Positions 29,746 through 39,393 of a stretch of DNA of 64,000 nucleotides are shown one piece after another. The notes below the pieces were generated by a model. The model did not search any database, was not told the DNA's origin, and saw only the letters and a list, made by a program, of their open reading frames with translations. The position numbers and the translations under genes are program-made. The DNA comes from an uncultured virus (IMG/VR IMGVR_UViG_3300020576_005736) (lineage: Duplodnaviria; Heunggongvirae; Uroviricota; Caudoviricetes): the IMG/VR virus record IMGVR_UViG_3300020576_005736. One strand, written 5' to 3'. Every line of letters begins with the position of its first letter. Position 1 is the first letter of the stretch.

Positions 29746-30759
29746 ATGCAACAGATCAAGAACTTCTTTGCGTATGCCACAGAGCGTCACGCAATCTATC
29801 TTCGCAGACAGATGGGCATCCCCAAGTCTGAGCTGACCGAAGATCCCATTCTTCAGACCTATCGATTCTGCAATGTTTTCCGTGAGCTGGACACGACGAC
29901 CATCTGGCTGAGAAAGCACGTCCGTGATCCACTTCGTGACAAGCCAGAGGTTCTTCTGGCCACTGTTCTGTTTCGCTGGTTCAATCGCATCCAGACAGGA
30001 GAGGCGATCTTTAAGCAGACTTATCATGTTGGATCAAGCGTGTCCAACTGGACAGCATGGGATCAGCTTCTTGAGATCGGTGAAGTCAGTGACATTCGTC
30101 ATTCTGTTCTGGCATATTGCGGAAAGGGTCCGTATGTCACTGGATCCTACATCATCAAGACACCTGACGGAAAGAACAAGCTCGATGGTGTTCTCTGGTG
30201 CGTCGAGCAGTTCATGAAGCTCGAGAAGACCATTGGTCGACTTGACTCTGATGCTGACGCCAACGATCTAGACTGGCGCGAGGTTGCTCGAGTGTGCCTC
30301 GAGCATCCAGGAACTGTCTCACTGGAAACGGTGTGGGACTGGCTGCGTCAGTTCCCGTATCTGGGTGACTTCATGGCTTACGAGATCGTCACTGATCTTC
30401 GCCACACGGTTCTTCTCGACAGAGCTCCTGACATCATGACCTGGGCCAATCCTGGTCCTGGAGCCATGCGTGGTCTGAACCGAATTTACGGTCGTGATCT
30501 CGACAAGAAGCTGCAGAAGCATGTCTACATTAGAGAGATGCAGGATCTGCTGAAGTATGCGAGTGTCTCTGCACTGTGGCCTCAGTGGAACGGTCAGGCA
30601 TACATATTCTCGGATCGCGTTCCGGGAGATATGGATGCTTGGCAGCCAGAGGCATGGCCTGAGTGGGACATGCGAACTGTCGAGCACACTCTCTGTGAGT
30701 TCGACAAGTATGAGCGAGTTCGACTCGGTCAGGGCGCTCCGCGTCAGAAGTTCAGGTAG
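29746..30759 (+). CDS. 5-hmdU DNA kinase (aGPT-Pplase1 family)
   Basis: ERHAIYLRR..G.P...TEDPILQTYRFCNVFRELD, LFRWFN, LGDFMAYEIVTDL, GPGA.RGL, EHTLCEFDKY.R. Confidence 0.85.
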   Translation: MQQIKNFFAYATERHAIYLRRQMGIPKSELTEDPILQTYRFCNVFRELDTTTIWLRKHVRDPLRDKPEVLLATVLFRWFNRIQTGEAIFKQTYHVGSSVSNWTAWDQLLEIGEVSDIRHSVLAYCGKGPYVTGSYIIKTPDGKNKLDGVLWCVEQFMKLEKTIGRLDSDADANDLDWREVARVCLEHPGTVSLETVWDWLRQFPYLGDFMAYEIVTDLRHTVLLDRAPDIMTWANPGPGAMRGLNRIYGRDLDKKLQKHVYIREMQDLLKYASVSALWPQWNGQAYIFSDRVPGDMDAWQPEAWPEWDMRTVEHTLCEFDKYERVRLGQGAPRQKFR

Positions 30760-30770
30760 AGGAGAGAAGA

Positions 30771-31100
30771 ATGTTCGACTATAAGACATATGCAGATCAC
30801 AATGGACGAAATCCGTCGCACGTTCCTGGTGGATACACTCGTCATATTGAGGTTCCGATCGATCCGAAGAACCTACTTCTGGGAACCCGTCGGGTCTACG
30901 TTCGTCCCCGGAACCCCTCTCGCTGGCTTCCTCACGTTGGAGGCTCTCTCGCTGGTCCTCGGATCAATCCTCCTGTCGCAGAGATCGTGACTCGTCAGCA
31001 GCGTCGATATGCTGAGCGTATGGAGGCTGAGCGTCTTCGTCGCGAGGAGAACGCCCGAGTTCACTCTGCTCATCGCAGATCTCGTCGGAGGGCAGCATGA
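30771..31100 (+). CDS. hypothetical protein
   Basis: GAGGAG RBS, ATGA overlap with the next gene. Confidence 0.6.
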   Translation: MFDYKTYADHNGRNPSHVPGGYTRHIEVPIDPKNLLLGTRRVYVRPRNPSRWLPHVGGSLAGPRINPPVAEIVTRQQRRYAERMEAERLRREENARVHSAHRRSRRRAA

Positions 31101-31561
31101 GTGTTCTCAGCGGAAAGTCTCTCTGGAAGATTCGACCTCTTGAACCTATGGTCGAGAGGCAGAGGCACGAGTTGACCGGAACCAGCTTCGGCGTCTCGAT
31201 GTGTGGATACGACATTCGACTGGACCAGGAGATTGTTCTTCCTCCAGGTCGCACCGTTCTGGCTTCCACTCTCGAGAAGTTCACGATGCCTCTGGACGTC
31301 GTCGGCATCGTCCACGACAAGAGCACATGGGCACGTCGCGGCATCTCTGTGCAGAACACCGTGATCGAGCCAGGATGGTCAGGCTACCTGACTCTTGAGC
31401 TTCTCTACTCCCCGCTCCGGGTTCTCGCGACTGACGGGATGAGGCTGTCGAGAGGTACGCCCATCGCTCAGGTTCTGTTTCATCGCGTTGATGAAGAGAC
31501 TGAGGGCTACGGTGACGGCAAGTACGCGAATCAAGAAAGAGGTCCACAGGAGGCAAGATGA
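31097..31561 (+). CDS. dcd: dCTP deaminase/dUTPase family
   Basis: GYDIRL, KSTWARRG, IEPGWSGYLTLEL, IAQ, Y.GKY..Q. Confidence 0.85.
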   Translation: MSVLSGKSLWKIRPLEPMVERQRHELTGTSFGVSMCGYDIRLDQEIVLPPGRTVLASTLEKFTMPLDVVGIVHDKSTWARRGISVQNTVIEPGWSGYLTLELLYSPLRVLATDGMRLSRGTPIAQVLFHRVDEETEGYGDGKYANQERGPQEAR

Positions 31562-32007
31562 TGGGTCGGCGGGTCGCGCTCATCGGAATGAACAATCCTC
31601 TGTCGCGCGATCCGGCCAAGGCTCTCTGGCCTGATCCTGTGAACTGTACTGGGTGGCGAATCTGGCAGATGCTCGCATCTCGCACAGGTGCCACCCAGAC
31701 TGACTATCTGAGGACATTCCATCGATACAACCTCGGTCAGGAGAAGTTCTTTCACTCTGAGAATGCCAGAGAGTACTGGATGGAGATAGAGGACGATCTT
31801 GTTGCTAATTTCGACACAGTCGTCCTACTTGGGACAGCCGTCAAAAAAGCGGCGGGCGTATTACTCCCGCCCCTATACGTCTCCAGAACTCTCGTCACTA
31901 TTCCTCACCCATCAGGACTTAATCGCTGGTACAACAGCGAGGTTAACAGAAAGATGGTTGAGGTAATCCTCGAAGAGTTGTACGTTGAGGCGATAAGCTC
32001 GACCTAG
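31558..32007 (+). CDS. uracil-DNA glycosylase-like fold protein
   Basis: ALIGMNNP, TG.RI, VVLLG..V, IPHPSGLNRWYN. Confidence 0.65.
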   Translation: MMGRRVALIGMNNPLSRDPAKALWPDPVNCTGWRIWQMLASRTGATQTDYLRTFHRYNLGQEKFFHSENAREYWMEIEDDLVANFDTVVLLGTAVKKAAGVLLPPLYVSRTLVTIPHPSGLNRWYNSEVNRKMVEVILEELYVEAISST

Positions 32008-32009
32008 GC

Positions 32010-32038
32010 TTTACGTCGAGGGGCTGGCCGGTTATGCT
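32010..32038 (+). promoter_or_regulatory. TTTACG-N17-TATGCT promoter
   Basis: TTTAC promoter family; precedes the modification operon. Confidence 0.6.
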
Positions 32039-32044
32039 ATTTGC

Positions 32045-32662
32045 ATGATAATCGTCTGGCTTCCTTATCCAAATCTTCGACTGTCGGTCCACGTTCTGGA
32101 CTCACAGATTCTTGGTGTGCAGATATCACAGTGTCTGCATATTCTCAGCATGATCGCTGGTCACAGAGAGGGAGGACGAAACAAGTATCACTCGACCACT
32201 CTGTCCTGGCATCACAATCCGTCAGCACTTGCACTCTACACAGAGTATGCTCTCCAAGAGATGTCGCTGCGTGGTCAGGACAGAGGACTTCCCTCTCCCC
32301 GTTCTCGTGAGGGAAGAAAGCTGTATGACTTTCCAGCAGAGTGGGCCGAAGAGGATCCGCTGATGCCTGAGTGGCTGGGACTTGAGAGAATTCATGCTTC
32401 TCACCGTGCTGCTCTGCTGAAGAAGGATATCGGGTGGTACTCTCAGTTTGCGTGGCACGAGACTCCTGTCCTCAATCTTCAGTGGCCAGGGAAGATGCCA
32501 AGAGTTGGTGACTCAGTAGTGAGTAAGACCGGGGAGGTGTGTATCGTACACTCTTTCGACAGTAGCCGAAGGCCAGTTCTCGTCCAGAAGGGCGAGCTGG
32601 TTCCTGTTGATCGAGTTGCGGTGTACAGTGGAGAATGGCGCCGATGCGTCGTTGTTGAATAA
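32045..32662 (+). CDS. pyrimidine-dimer glycosylase-like (MSMEG_6728-type) protein, divergent
   Basis: WLPYP...S..VLD..LG.Q, P.WLG...IHASHRAALL.KD...Y. Confidence 0.65.
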   Translation: MIIVWLPYPNLRLSVHVLDSQILGVQISQCLHILSMIAGHREGGRNKYHSTTLSWHHNPSALALYTEYALQEMSLRGQDRGLPSPRSREGRKLYDFPAEWAEEDPLMPEWLGLERIHASHRAALLKKDIGWYSQFAWHETPVLNLQWPGKMPRVGDSVVSKTGEVCIVHSFDSSRRPVLVQKGELVPVDRVAVYSGEWRRCVVVE

Positions 32663-32674
32663 GAGGAGAGAGAC

Positions 32675-33724
32675 ATGCAAACGATCTACGCACGAAATGT
32701 GAACGTCGCCTATCGGGCAGGGCTGCGACTTCTGAAGAATCACGGTGTTGTGTCACCTTCTCGAGCAGGTAACGTGCTCGTCATGGACACGCCAGTGATG
32801 ACTGTCTACGCCTGTCCGCAGGAGCGTGTTCTGTTTGACGCATCGCGCGACGCCAATCCGTTCTTCCACGTGATGGAGTCTGTCTGGATGCTGGCTGGCT
32901 CCAAGGATGGAACCTGGCTGGACCGATACGTGTCCAACTTCTCCTCGCGATTTGCAGAGACAGGTGGTGACATTCACGGTGCCTATGGGTTCCGCTGGCG
33001 TAGCCACTTTGATCTCGAGGGTGGTGGAGATGAGCTTCTTCCTGACCAGATCCTGACCGTCGGCAAGATGCTGTTCGAGGACTTCAATACTCGGCGTGCT
33101 GTTCTCACCATGTGGGATCCTGTGGCCGATCTCGGAGTCAATACCAAGGACATGCCTTGCAACACTCACGTCTACTTTCGTGGTCGCATGATCGATGACG
33201 GTCGTCGTGTTCTCGACATCACTGTGTGCAATCGCTCAAACGATGCTATCTGGGGTGCGTACGGAGCGAATGCTGTACACATGTCCGTTATGGGCGAGGT
33301 AGTCGCAGGTCTGGCTGGTGTCGAGATCGGTCTGTACTACCAGATGAGCAACAACTTCCATGCGTACACTGAAGTCTTCGACAAGATCATCTCAAAGCCT
33401 ATTGAGTCTGTCGATGACTACGCGACGACCACCTCTCTCCCGATTATCGTTGGGGATACACCGGAGGCTCGCCGAAATTGTGCTCTCCAGATTCTCGCTG
33501 ACGCAGCGAAGTTCATTGAACTTCGTGATATCTCTCACGTTACTCGTGGACAGTTCGAGACTCAGTGGTTCAACGAGGTCGTTCTTCCGATGTCTCGTGC
33601 ACACGATCTCTGGAAGAGAGGATCTCGAGAAGATGCCATGGATGACGTTCGGTGGGTTCGCTCTCCTGACTGGCAGCGTGCCTGTCTTGAGTGGATGGGT
33701 CGTCGAATGAAGAAGGCTATCTGA
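32675..33724 (+). CDS. thymidylate synthase homologue, probable dUMP hydroxymethylase
   Basis: RDANPFFH, GAYG.RWR, TRRAVL.MWDP, D.PCN, NRSND..WG..GAN, NFHAY; next to the hmdU kinase. Confidence 0.85.
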   Translation: MQTIYARNVNVAYRAGLRLLKNHGVVSPSRAGNVLVMDTPVMTVYACPQERVLFDASRDANPFFHVMESVWMLAGSKDGTWLDRYVSNFSSRFAETGGDIHGAYGFRWRSHFDLEGGGDELLPDQILTVGKMLFEDFNTRRAVLTMWDPVADLGVNTKDMPCNTHVYFRGRMIDDGRRVLDITVCNRSNDAIWGAYGANAVHMSVMGEVVAGLAGVEIGLYYQMSNNFHAYTEVFDKIISKPIESVDDYATTTSLPIIVGDTPEARRNCALQILADAAKFIELRDISHVTRGQFETQWFNEVVLPMSRAHDLWKRGSREDAMDDVRWVRSPDWQRACLEWMGRRMKKAI

Positions 33725-33762
33725 CATGAGCCTCGCAATCAGAGACGACGCCCGTCTGGCCG
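33721..33762 (+). repeat. 42-bp direct repeat (copy 2 at 34398-34439)
   Basis: CTGACATGAGCCTCGC(A/G)ATCAGAGACGACGCCCGTCTGGCCG. Confidence 0.9.
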
Positions 33763-33782
33763 CGCCATAGCGTCGAATTTGA

Positions 33783-34130
33783 ATGGAAAAAGAGGATAAA
33801 ATGATCACGACCACACTCAACCGCATCCGCGAACATTGCCCCAGCGACAAAATGTGGACCAAGCTTCTTAAACACCTCGGCAAAACCAAGCCAGACGATG
33901 ACCCGCTGCCCTACGTCGTTATCGTCGAGAGCAACGGCCTTGAAGACGCTCTTTGGTGCTGCCGAGCCGAGCCGGAGCATTCGCGGGAGTGGCGACTGTT
34001 CGCCGTCTGGTGCGCCAGACAGGTGCGGCATTTGATGACTGACCAGCGGTCGCTTGACGCTCTGGATATTGCAGAGCGACACGCGAACGGCGAGGCTCAG
34101 CGTGTCAAATTTCTGGAGGTGGTGGGATGA
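33783..34130 (+). CDS. inserted hypothetical phage protein (possibly truncated)
   Basis: TTLNRIREH.P...W.KLL..LGKT..DD.PL...SNGL.DALW; codon style differs from the flanks. Confidence 0.6.
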   Translation: MEKEDKMITTTLNRIREHCPSDKMWTKLLKHLGKTKPDDDPLPYVVIVESNGLEDALWCCRAEPEHSREWRLFAVWCARQVRHLMTDQRSLDALDIAERHANGEAQRVKFLEVVG

Positions 34131-34345
34131 CTGACAATCCAGAAAACCCCTTCGCATTCCCCGTGCCGCTCACATTTCAGGATGGAGGCATGACCCTGCG
34201 AGACTATTTCGCGGCCCATGTCGCACAAGGCATGGCCGCGTTTAGCGGAACGTCAGGAACCAGTTACGGGCCCCACGAAATCGCCGGGCGCTCGTATCAG
34301 ATAGCCGACGCCATGCTCATCCAGCGGGAGACGCGCGATGATTGA
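34127..34345 (+). CDS. inserted small phage protein (GMTLRDYFAA family)
   Basis: AFP...GMTLRDYFAA...Y.IADAML..R. Confidence 0.7.
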   Translation: MTDNPENPFAFPVPLTFQDGGMTLRDYFAAHVAQGMAAFSGTSGTSYGPHEIAGRSYQIADAMLIQRETRDD

Positions 34346-34402
34346 TTGGCGCGACGATCTGCGCATCGACGTCATCCGACCCGAGAGCAGAGGTGGCCTG
34401 AC

Positions 34403-34936
34403 ATGAGCCTCGCGATCAGAGACGACGCCCGTCTGGCCGGGGAGGTGATTCGCTATCACACCTGGCCTCATACTCGCCAGCAGTCTGTGGGAGAGCACTC
34501 CTGGCAGGTCTGCCGCATTCTCATGTCTATCGCTCCTGCACCCTACTGGGTCAAACTTCTGCCTCACACTGTCACGCACGACATCGGTGAGATTGGTACA
34601 GGAGACGTGCCCTATCCCGTCAAGGCGAACAATCCTGAGCTCGGCAGGCTCTTCGATGAGCTCGAGCATGAGACCGTCGAGGAGTTGTGCGACAAGTGGG
34701 GTCTTCCCTCACCTGTCACGCTCACTCCTCAGGAGCGGTGGGTATTCAAGCTGGCAGAGTTCATCGAGATGTGGGAGTGGGGTCTCGAGGAGCTGCAGCG
34801 AGGAAATCAGTTTGCCCGTAAGGTCGCTGACAGATGTCGTGAAGTTATCAGCAAGATGCTTGCTGGTAGTCAGGATGAGTCAGTGGCGATCCTGGCATCG
34901 GAGTACATCGAGACAAGAGAGGAGATCTGGAAATGA
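34403..34936 (+). CDS. HD-domain nucleotidase (YfbR-like)
   Basis: V.RYHT, QSVGEHS, HD..E..TGD.P. Confidence 0.8.
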   Translation: MSLAIRDDARLAGEVIRYHTWPHTRQQSVGEHSWQVCRILMSIAPAPYWVKLLPHTVTHDIGEIGTGDVPYPVKANNPELGRLFDELEHETVEELCDKWGLPSPVTLTPQERWVFKLAEFIEMWEWGLEELQRGNQFARKVADRCREVISKMLAGSQDESVAILASEYIETREEIWK

Positions 34937-35463
34937 CTACAAATGCTAACCGACGTCAGATTGGCGGTACTCACTACAAGACAGGAAGTGGATTCGAGCA
35001 CTGGGATCTCATCTCTCAGTTCGGCATCGGATATCTTGAGGGATGCGCAACGAAGTATGTTGCCAGAGCTCGCCTCAAGAACGGTCGTCAGGATCTTGAC
35101 AAAGCTGTTCACTTCGTCGAGAAACTCATCGAGCTGGCTCGTCTTGGCGATATCCCTGTTCCTCCTATGGGTCATGCCAGTGATGCAAGTCTCTGGAACT
35201 TTGCATCGGCCCAGCAGCTGACCGGTCTGGAGTCTTCGATCATCACGTCTCTGTGCCAGTGGAGAACTGTCTCTGATCTTGAGAACGTCCTGAAGCTCCT
35301 GAACACACTGGTCTCTAACATGACGCTCCAGGAGCGCGAGGCTGAGAAGAAGGATCCATTTCGAGAATCAGCTCGAGTCTGGCCCGACTATTCTCCAAGA
35401 CCAGGAACACCAGAGGACGGCGGACACTACGCTCGTCAGCAAGAAGAGGATGACGGAGCATGA
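34933..35463 (+). CDS. DUF3310-like (nucleotide kinase-associated) protein
   Basis: QIGGTHYK, EG.ATKY..R...KNG.QDL.KA. Confidence 0.75.
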   Translation: MTTNANRRQIGGTHYKTGSGFEHWDLISQFGIGYLEGCATKYVARARLKNGRQDLDKAVHFVEKLIELARLGDIPVPPMGHASDASLWNFASAQQLTGLESSIITSLCQWRTVSDLENVLKLLNTLVSNMTLQEREAEKKDPFRESARVWPDYSPRPGTPEDGGHYARQQEEDDGA

Positions 35464-36287
35464 TCCCGCGTATCTATGTCCCATCACGTGGTCGCGCTGA
35501 CGATCGTCTGCTGCGCGGCCCATCTGTTCAGGCTCCTCATGGTACTGACGTCGTCTACGTCGTTGGTCCAGACGAGATCGCCAAGTACTCAGTCGCCATC
35601 CTGAGGAACGGTCTCCCCGCTCGTGTCGTCTCCTGCGAGCACCAGCCGAATATCTCAGCTGTTCGCTGGTGGATTGGCCTTCATGCTCAGAAGGACGGTC
35701 TCGACAGGTTCGTCATCATGGACGACGATGTCGGTCTTCTGGTCCGAAAGGCCGACGACAACTGGCAACTTCGAGGAGCAGAGAAGGACGACGTGCAGCA
35801 GATGCTGCAGTGGATGTGGTCTGAGCTTGACAGAAGCCAGAATGTTGGCATCTCTCCTCGTGAGGGAAATAATCGGGTCGGCGTCGGCAACTCCGCAGAA
35901 CTGACTCAGTACAATACTCGTGCAATGAGAGTGCAGGGCTTCCAGACGGAGGCCTTCCTTGCATGCGAGCACGGCCGAGTTCGAGTTATGGAGGACTTCG
36001 ACATCTCTCTGCAGATTCTCGCTGCTGGAGGGCAGATTGCCGTCAACTACTTCTGGGCTCAGGGTCAGAGAATGACAAATGAGTCTGGAGGATGCTCCGA
36101 GTGGCGAACTCACGAGATCCACGAGGCCTCTGCACGAAGACTAGCTGAGCTTCATCCTGGAATTGTCACTCTCCGTCAGAAGAGCAACAAGACAGACAAG
36201 GATGGATTCGGCACTCGTACTGAGGTCACTATCCAGTGGAAGCGTGCCTATCTGGAGGGTCAGAAGCATGCAAAACCAGCGGGATAG
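35460..36287 (+). CDS. GT-A fold glycosyltransferase, TET/JBP-associated (TAGT/GREB1-like) type
   Basis: IYVPSRGR, FVIMDDD, EDFD..LQ.L..G, N.SGGC motifs; inside the modification operon. Confidence 0.7.
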   Translation: MIPRIYVPSRGRADDRLLRGPSVQAPHGTDVVYVVGPDEIAKYSVAILRNGLPARVVSCEHQPNISAVRWWIGLHAQKDGLDRFVIMDDDVGLLVRKADDNWQLRGAEKDDVQQMLQWMWSELDRSQNVGISPREGNNRVGVGNSAELTQYNTRAMRVQGFQTEAFLACEHGRVRVMEDFDISLQILAAGGQIAVNYFWAQGQRMTNESGGCSEWRTHEIHEASARRLAELHPGIVTLRQKSNKTDKDGFGTRTEVTIQWKRAYLEGQKHAKPAG

Positions 36288-36486
36288 AGAGCTGAACTCA
36301 GCAGTTGAGTTCATCTGTCGCAACAGCAGTAGCTCTCTGGCTCGCAATGATCTCATACGGCAGGTGATTCGCTGTCACGTAGGTCGAGACTATCAGAATC
36401 GTCTCCTGACGGCTAGTGTTCGTCAGGAGATAGAGTCAAGATGTAAGACGATTGCTCGTCAGTTCGCCGCCAGAGGATTTATGTGA
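36268..36486 (+). CDS. hypothetical protein
   Basis: GGAGG RBS, overlapping operon structure. Confidence 0.5.
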   Translation: MQNQRDRELNSAVEFICRNSSSSLARNDLIRQVIRCHVGRDYQNRLLTASVRQEIESRCKTIARQFAARGFM

Positions 36487-36968
36487 TGCATGTCAGGTAT
36501 AATAGGTGGACTACTACCGACATTGACGCATTACTGGACTCTATTCCTGTCACGGGAGGAGTCTACGTTGACGAATCATGGTGCCAGATTGTACCAGAAG
36601 ACTCTGTTCTTTGGGCATTTGGCTATCCAAAGATTCACATGGGTGGGAGGACTATTCGGCTAAATCGTTATTCCCTGGAAAGAAAACTTGGTAGGAACAT
36701 CTATTCTGGTATGCACGCTCTTCATAAGTGTGATAATCGAGCATGTGTGGCTCAGAATCATCTATACGAGGGAACAAATCTCTCGAATGTACAAGATAAG
36801 ATGGACAAGGGTCACTCTAATCTCAAATTGAACATTAACAAGGTTCGATGTATTCGTAGACTCTACTCTCTCAACTACACATGTCAGAGAATAGCAGACG
36901 TGTTCACAGTTTCTCCACAGGTAGTGAGCGGAATTGTTAGAAGAGCATCTTGGAGGTACGTAGAATGA
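36486..36968 (+). CDS. HNH homing endonuclease
   Basis: LHKCDNRACV..NHL..GT...N. Confidence 0.8.
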   Translation: MHVRYNRWTTTDIDALLDSIPVTGGVYVDESWCQIVPEDSVLWAFGYPKIHMGGRTIRLNRYSLERKLGRNIYSGMHALHKCDNRACVAQNHLYEGTNLSNVQDKMDKGHSNLKLNINKVRCIRRLYSLNYTCQRIADVFTVSPQVVSGIVRRASWRYVE

Positions 36969-38950
36969 TTCAGCTTCCACTCTTCGAGCCAGTGTCTACA
37001 TGGAAGGAGCCAACCTCTCTTCCATCTGTTCCGTCAGGTGTCGTACTCGCAGTCGACACTGAGACAAAGGACAACGGTCTGGCCGGAGACAGAGGTCCTG
37101 GCTGGGCGACTAAGGATGGTCACATTGTTGGTGTCTCAGTAGCCTGGAACCAGGAGGCTCACTACATTCCTCTCCGTCATCCAGACACCTCAAATCTGGA
37201 TCCAGAGAGGACGATGGCCTGGCTCCAGGACGCAATGGACAGAGCCTCAAGAACCGTATTCCACAACAGTGGTTACGACGCAGGATGGCTCGGAACAGAG
37301 GGTGTCGTCGTAGACTTCGACAAGAGCGACGACACCCAGTACATGTCCGTCATGCTGGACGAGAATCAGCTCTCATACTCTCTCGATGCGTGCTGCCGAC
37401 GCGAGGGTGTTCCTGGTAAGGACGAGGCTGCTCTGCGAGAGGCAGCTGCGGCGTTCGGCGTCGATCCTAAGAAGGATATGTGGAAGCTTCCGGCCAAGTA
37501 TGTAGCACCATACGCTGCGCAGGATGCGTCAGCAACTCTCGGTCTCTACAAGAGCCTCACCAGGAAGATCGATGAGGAAGAGCTGACGGAAGCCTATCGT
37601 CTTGAGATGGATCTGGTTCCGATGTTTCTCGAGATGCGACGTCGGGGAGTCCGTATCAACGAGAGCGAGGCAGATCGAGTTCAGAAGAGCCTGCGTCTTC
37701 AGAGAGATGCTCTACTAGAGGACACACGGCAGAAGCTCGGATGGCGACGCAAGCTACTCATGGACGACATGAACTCTGCAGTATCTCTCGAGCAGATGTT
37801 TGACGCCGAGGGCGTGTCGTATCCCCGAACTCCCAAGACGAAGAAGGGCAGCTTCAAGTCTGACTGGATGAGCGCAAGCGATCACTGGCTTCCGAATGCT
37901 GTGACTCAGGCTCGTCAGCTCAATGATCTCGCTGAGAAGTTCATCGGAACATATGTCCTTGGCTCGACTCACCTCGGCCGTATCCATGCTGAGATTCATC
38001 AGCTTCGTGACGATGACGGTGGAACTCGATCTTATCGACTGTCCTACGCCAATCCTCCTCTTCAGCAGATTCCTGCCAGAACATCCAACGGACGACTCAT
38101 CAGGAGTATCTTTGAGGCAGAGAAGGATCAGCTCTGGTATGCAGCTGACTATAGTCAGCAAGAGCCTCGGATGGCAGTTCACTTTGCCTCACTCTGCAAG
38201 GTTGACGGAGCCGAGGAGGCTGTGCGCTACTACTGTGACGATCCTGCTGCTGACTTTCACACCATGGTGGCCGAGCTGACTGGTCTGACCAGAAAGCAGG
38301 CTAAGATCATCAATCTTGGACTTATGTACGGTATGGGTCTTGCCAAGCTTGCTCACTCTCTGGGTGTCAGAATTGAGGAAGCTCAGGAGATCGTGAATCA
38401 GTACAACACCAGGATGCCGTTTGTCAAGAAGCTGAACGACTTCTGCGAGGGTAGAGCGGAGACTCGTGGGTTCATTAAGCTCCTGGACGGTGCACGCTGC
38501 CGCTTCGACCTTTGGGAGCTAGCCTGGAGAGGCGGCGGCGCGGCTAAGGGCGCGGCGCTACCTCGAGAGAAGGCTCTGGAGGTCCACAAAGGAAAGCGCA
38601 TCAAGCGAGCACACACACGAAAGGCTATGAATCGTCTAATTCAGGGATCGTCAGCCAGACAGACGAAGATGGCCATGCGCCAGTGCCACAGAGAGGGCTA
38701 CATTCCTCTTCTCCAGATGCACGATGAGCTTGACTTTCCGATCGGAGATCCGAAGGTCGCGTCTCGTGTCTGCGAGATCATGTCTACCATCGTCAAGCTG
38801 AAGATTCCCATGAACGTTGACGGTCAGTATGGCTGGACATGGGGTCAGGCCTCCGAGGAGATGGAGAAGGGTGTAGTTCCGCCCACTTTCGAGGAACTGA
38901 TGAAGTTCGGACGAACCAAGACCAACATGGAGATCGTGAGGAGTAGATGA
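36965..38950 (+). CDS. family A DNA polymerase with 3'-5' exonuclease
   Basis: AVDTET, FHN..YD, YAAQD, PPLQQIP, ADYSQQEPR, AKIINLGLMYGMG, IQGS.A, QMHDEL. Confidence 0.95.
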   Translation: MIQLPLFEPVSTWKEPTSLPSVPSGVVLAVDTETKDNGLAGDRGPGWATKDGHIVGVSVAWNQEAHYIPLRHPDTSNLDPERTMAWLQDAMDRASRTVFHNSGYDAGWLGTEGVVVDFDKSDDTQYMSVMLDENQLSYSLDACCRREGVPGKDEAALREAAAAFGVDPKKDMWKLPAKYVAPYAAQDASATLGLYKSLTRKIDEEELTEAYRLEMDLVPMFLEMRRRGVRINESEADRVQKSLRLQRDALLEDTRQKLGWRRKLLMDDMNSAVSLEQMFDAEGVSYPRTPKTKKGSFKSDWMSASDHWLPNAVTQARQLNDLAEKFIGTYVLGSTHLGRIHAEIHQLRDDDGGTRSYRLSYANPPLQQIPARTSNGRLIRSIFEAEKDQLWYAADYSQQEPRMAVHFASLCKVDGAEEAVRYYCDDPAADFHTMVAELTGLTRKQAKIINLGLMYGMGLAKLAHSLGVRIEEAQEIVNQYNTRMPFVKKLNDFCEGRAETRGFIKLLDGARCRFDLWELAWRGGGAAKGAALPREKALEVHKGKRIKRAHTRKAMNRLIQGSSARQTKMAMRQCHREGYIPLLQMHDELDFPIGDPKVASRVCEIMSTIVKLKIPMNVDGQYGWTWGQASEEMEKGVVPPTFEELMKFGRTKTNMEIVRSR

Positions 38951-39084
38951 CGACTATTCTCAGCATACTGACGTGCCTGGCAGCATTTGCTGCCTTTCTC
39001 ATGCTCGGAACGATCGCCTCCCATCTGGAGAAGATCGCGAAGGAGTTACACGAGATGAATATCCGCCACCTGCATCCGAGGTAA
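38947..39084 (+). CDS. small membrane protein (45 aa)
   Basis: GAGGAG RBS; MTTILSILTCLAAFAAFLMLG hydrophobic start. Confidence 0.45.
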   Translation: MTTILSILTCLAAFAAFLMLGTIASHLEKIAKELHEMNIRHLHPR

Positions 39085-39114
39085 TCGCTGCAGCTATCGA
39101 GAGGGGGATCCGTC

Positions 39115-39393
39115 ATGGACGCCAAAACCCAGATTAGGCTGACACGGTCTGAGGGCACTACTATATTTCGCGGTATGGCCGCAATTGCTTGGGGAGGCGC
39201 AGTCGTGGCAGAGACCGTGGGAGATGCACTCGAGCGAGTGCACCGTCAGACATCACCAGCAATGGGTCAGCTCTGCATTGCACTCGAGAGACGACGTATT
39301 CGTCCCGAGACAGTGAGAGAGTGGGCAAGAACTCTGAGGCAGGGGTCGGATGATCTACTGAAGCTTGCAGAGAGAATGGAGAAGACAAAGTGA
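39115..39393 (+). CDS. hypothetical protein
   Basis: GTGA overlap with the exonuclease gene. Confidence 0.5.
   Translation: MDAKTQIRLTRSEGTTIFRGMAAIAWGGAVVAETVGDALERVHRQTSPAMGQLCIALERRRIRPETVREWARTLRQGSDDLLKLAERMEKTK

Noticed and set aside
33721..34439. IS element or integrated prophage att sites
   Set aside because: No transposase/integrase and no terminal inverted repeats; kept only as a repeat-bounded insert
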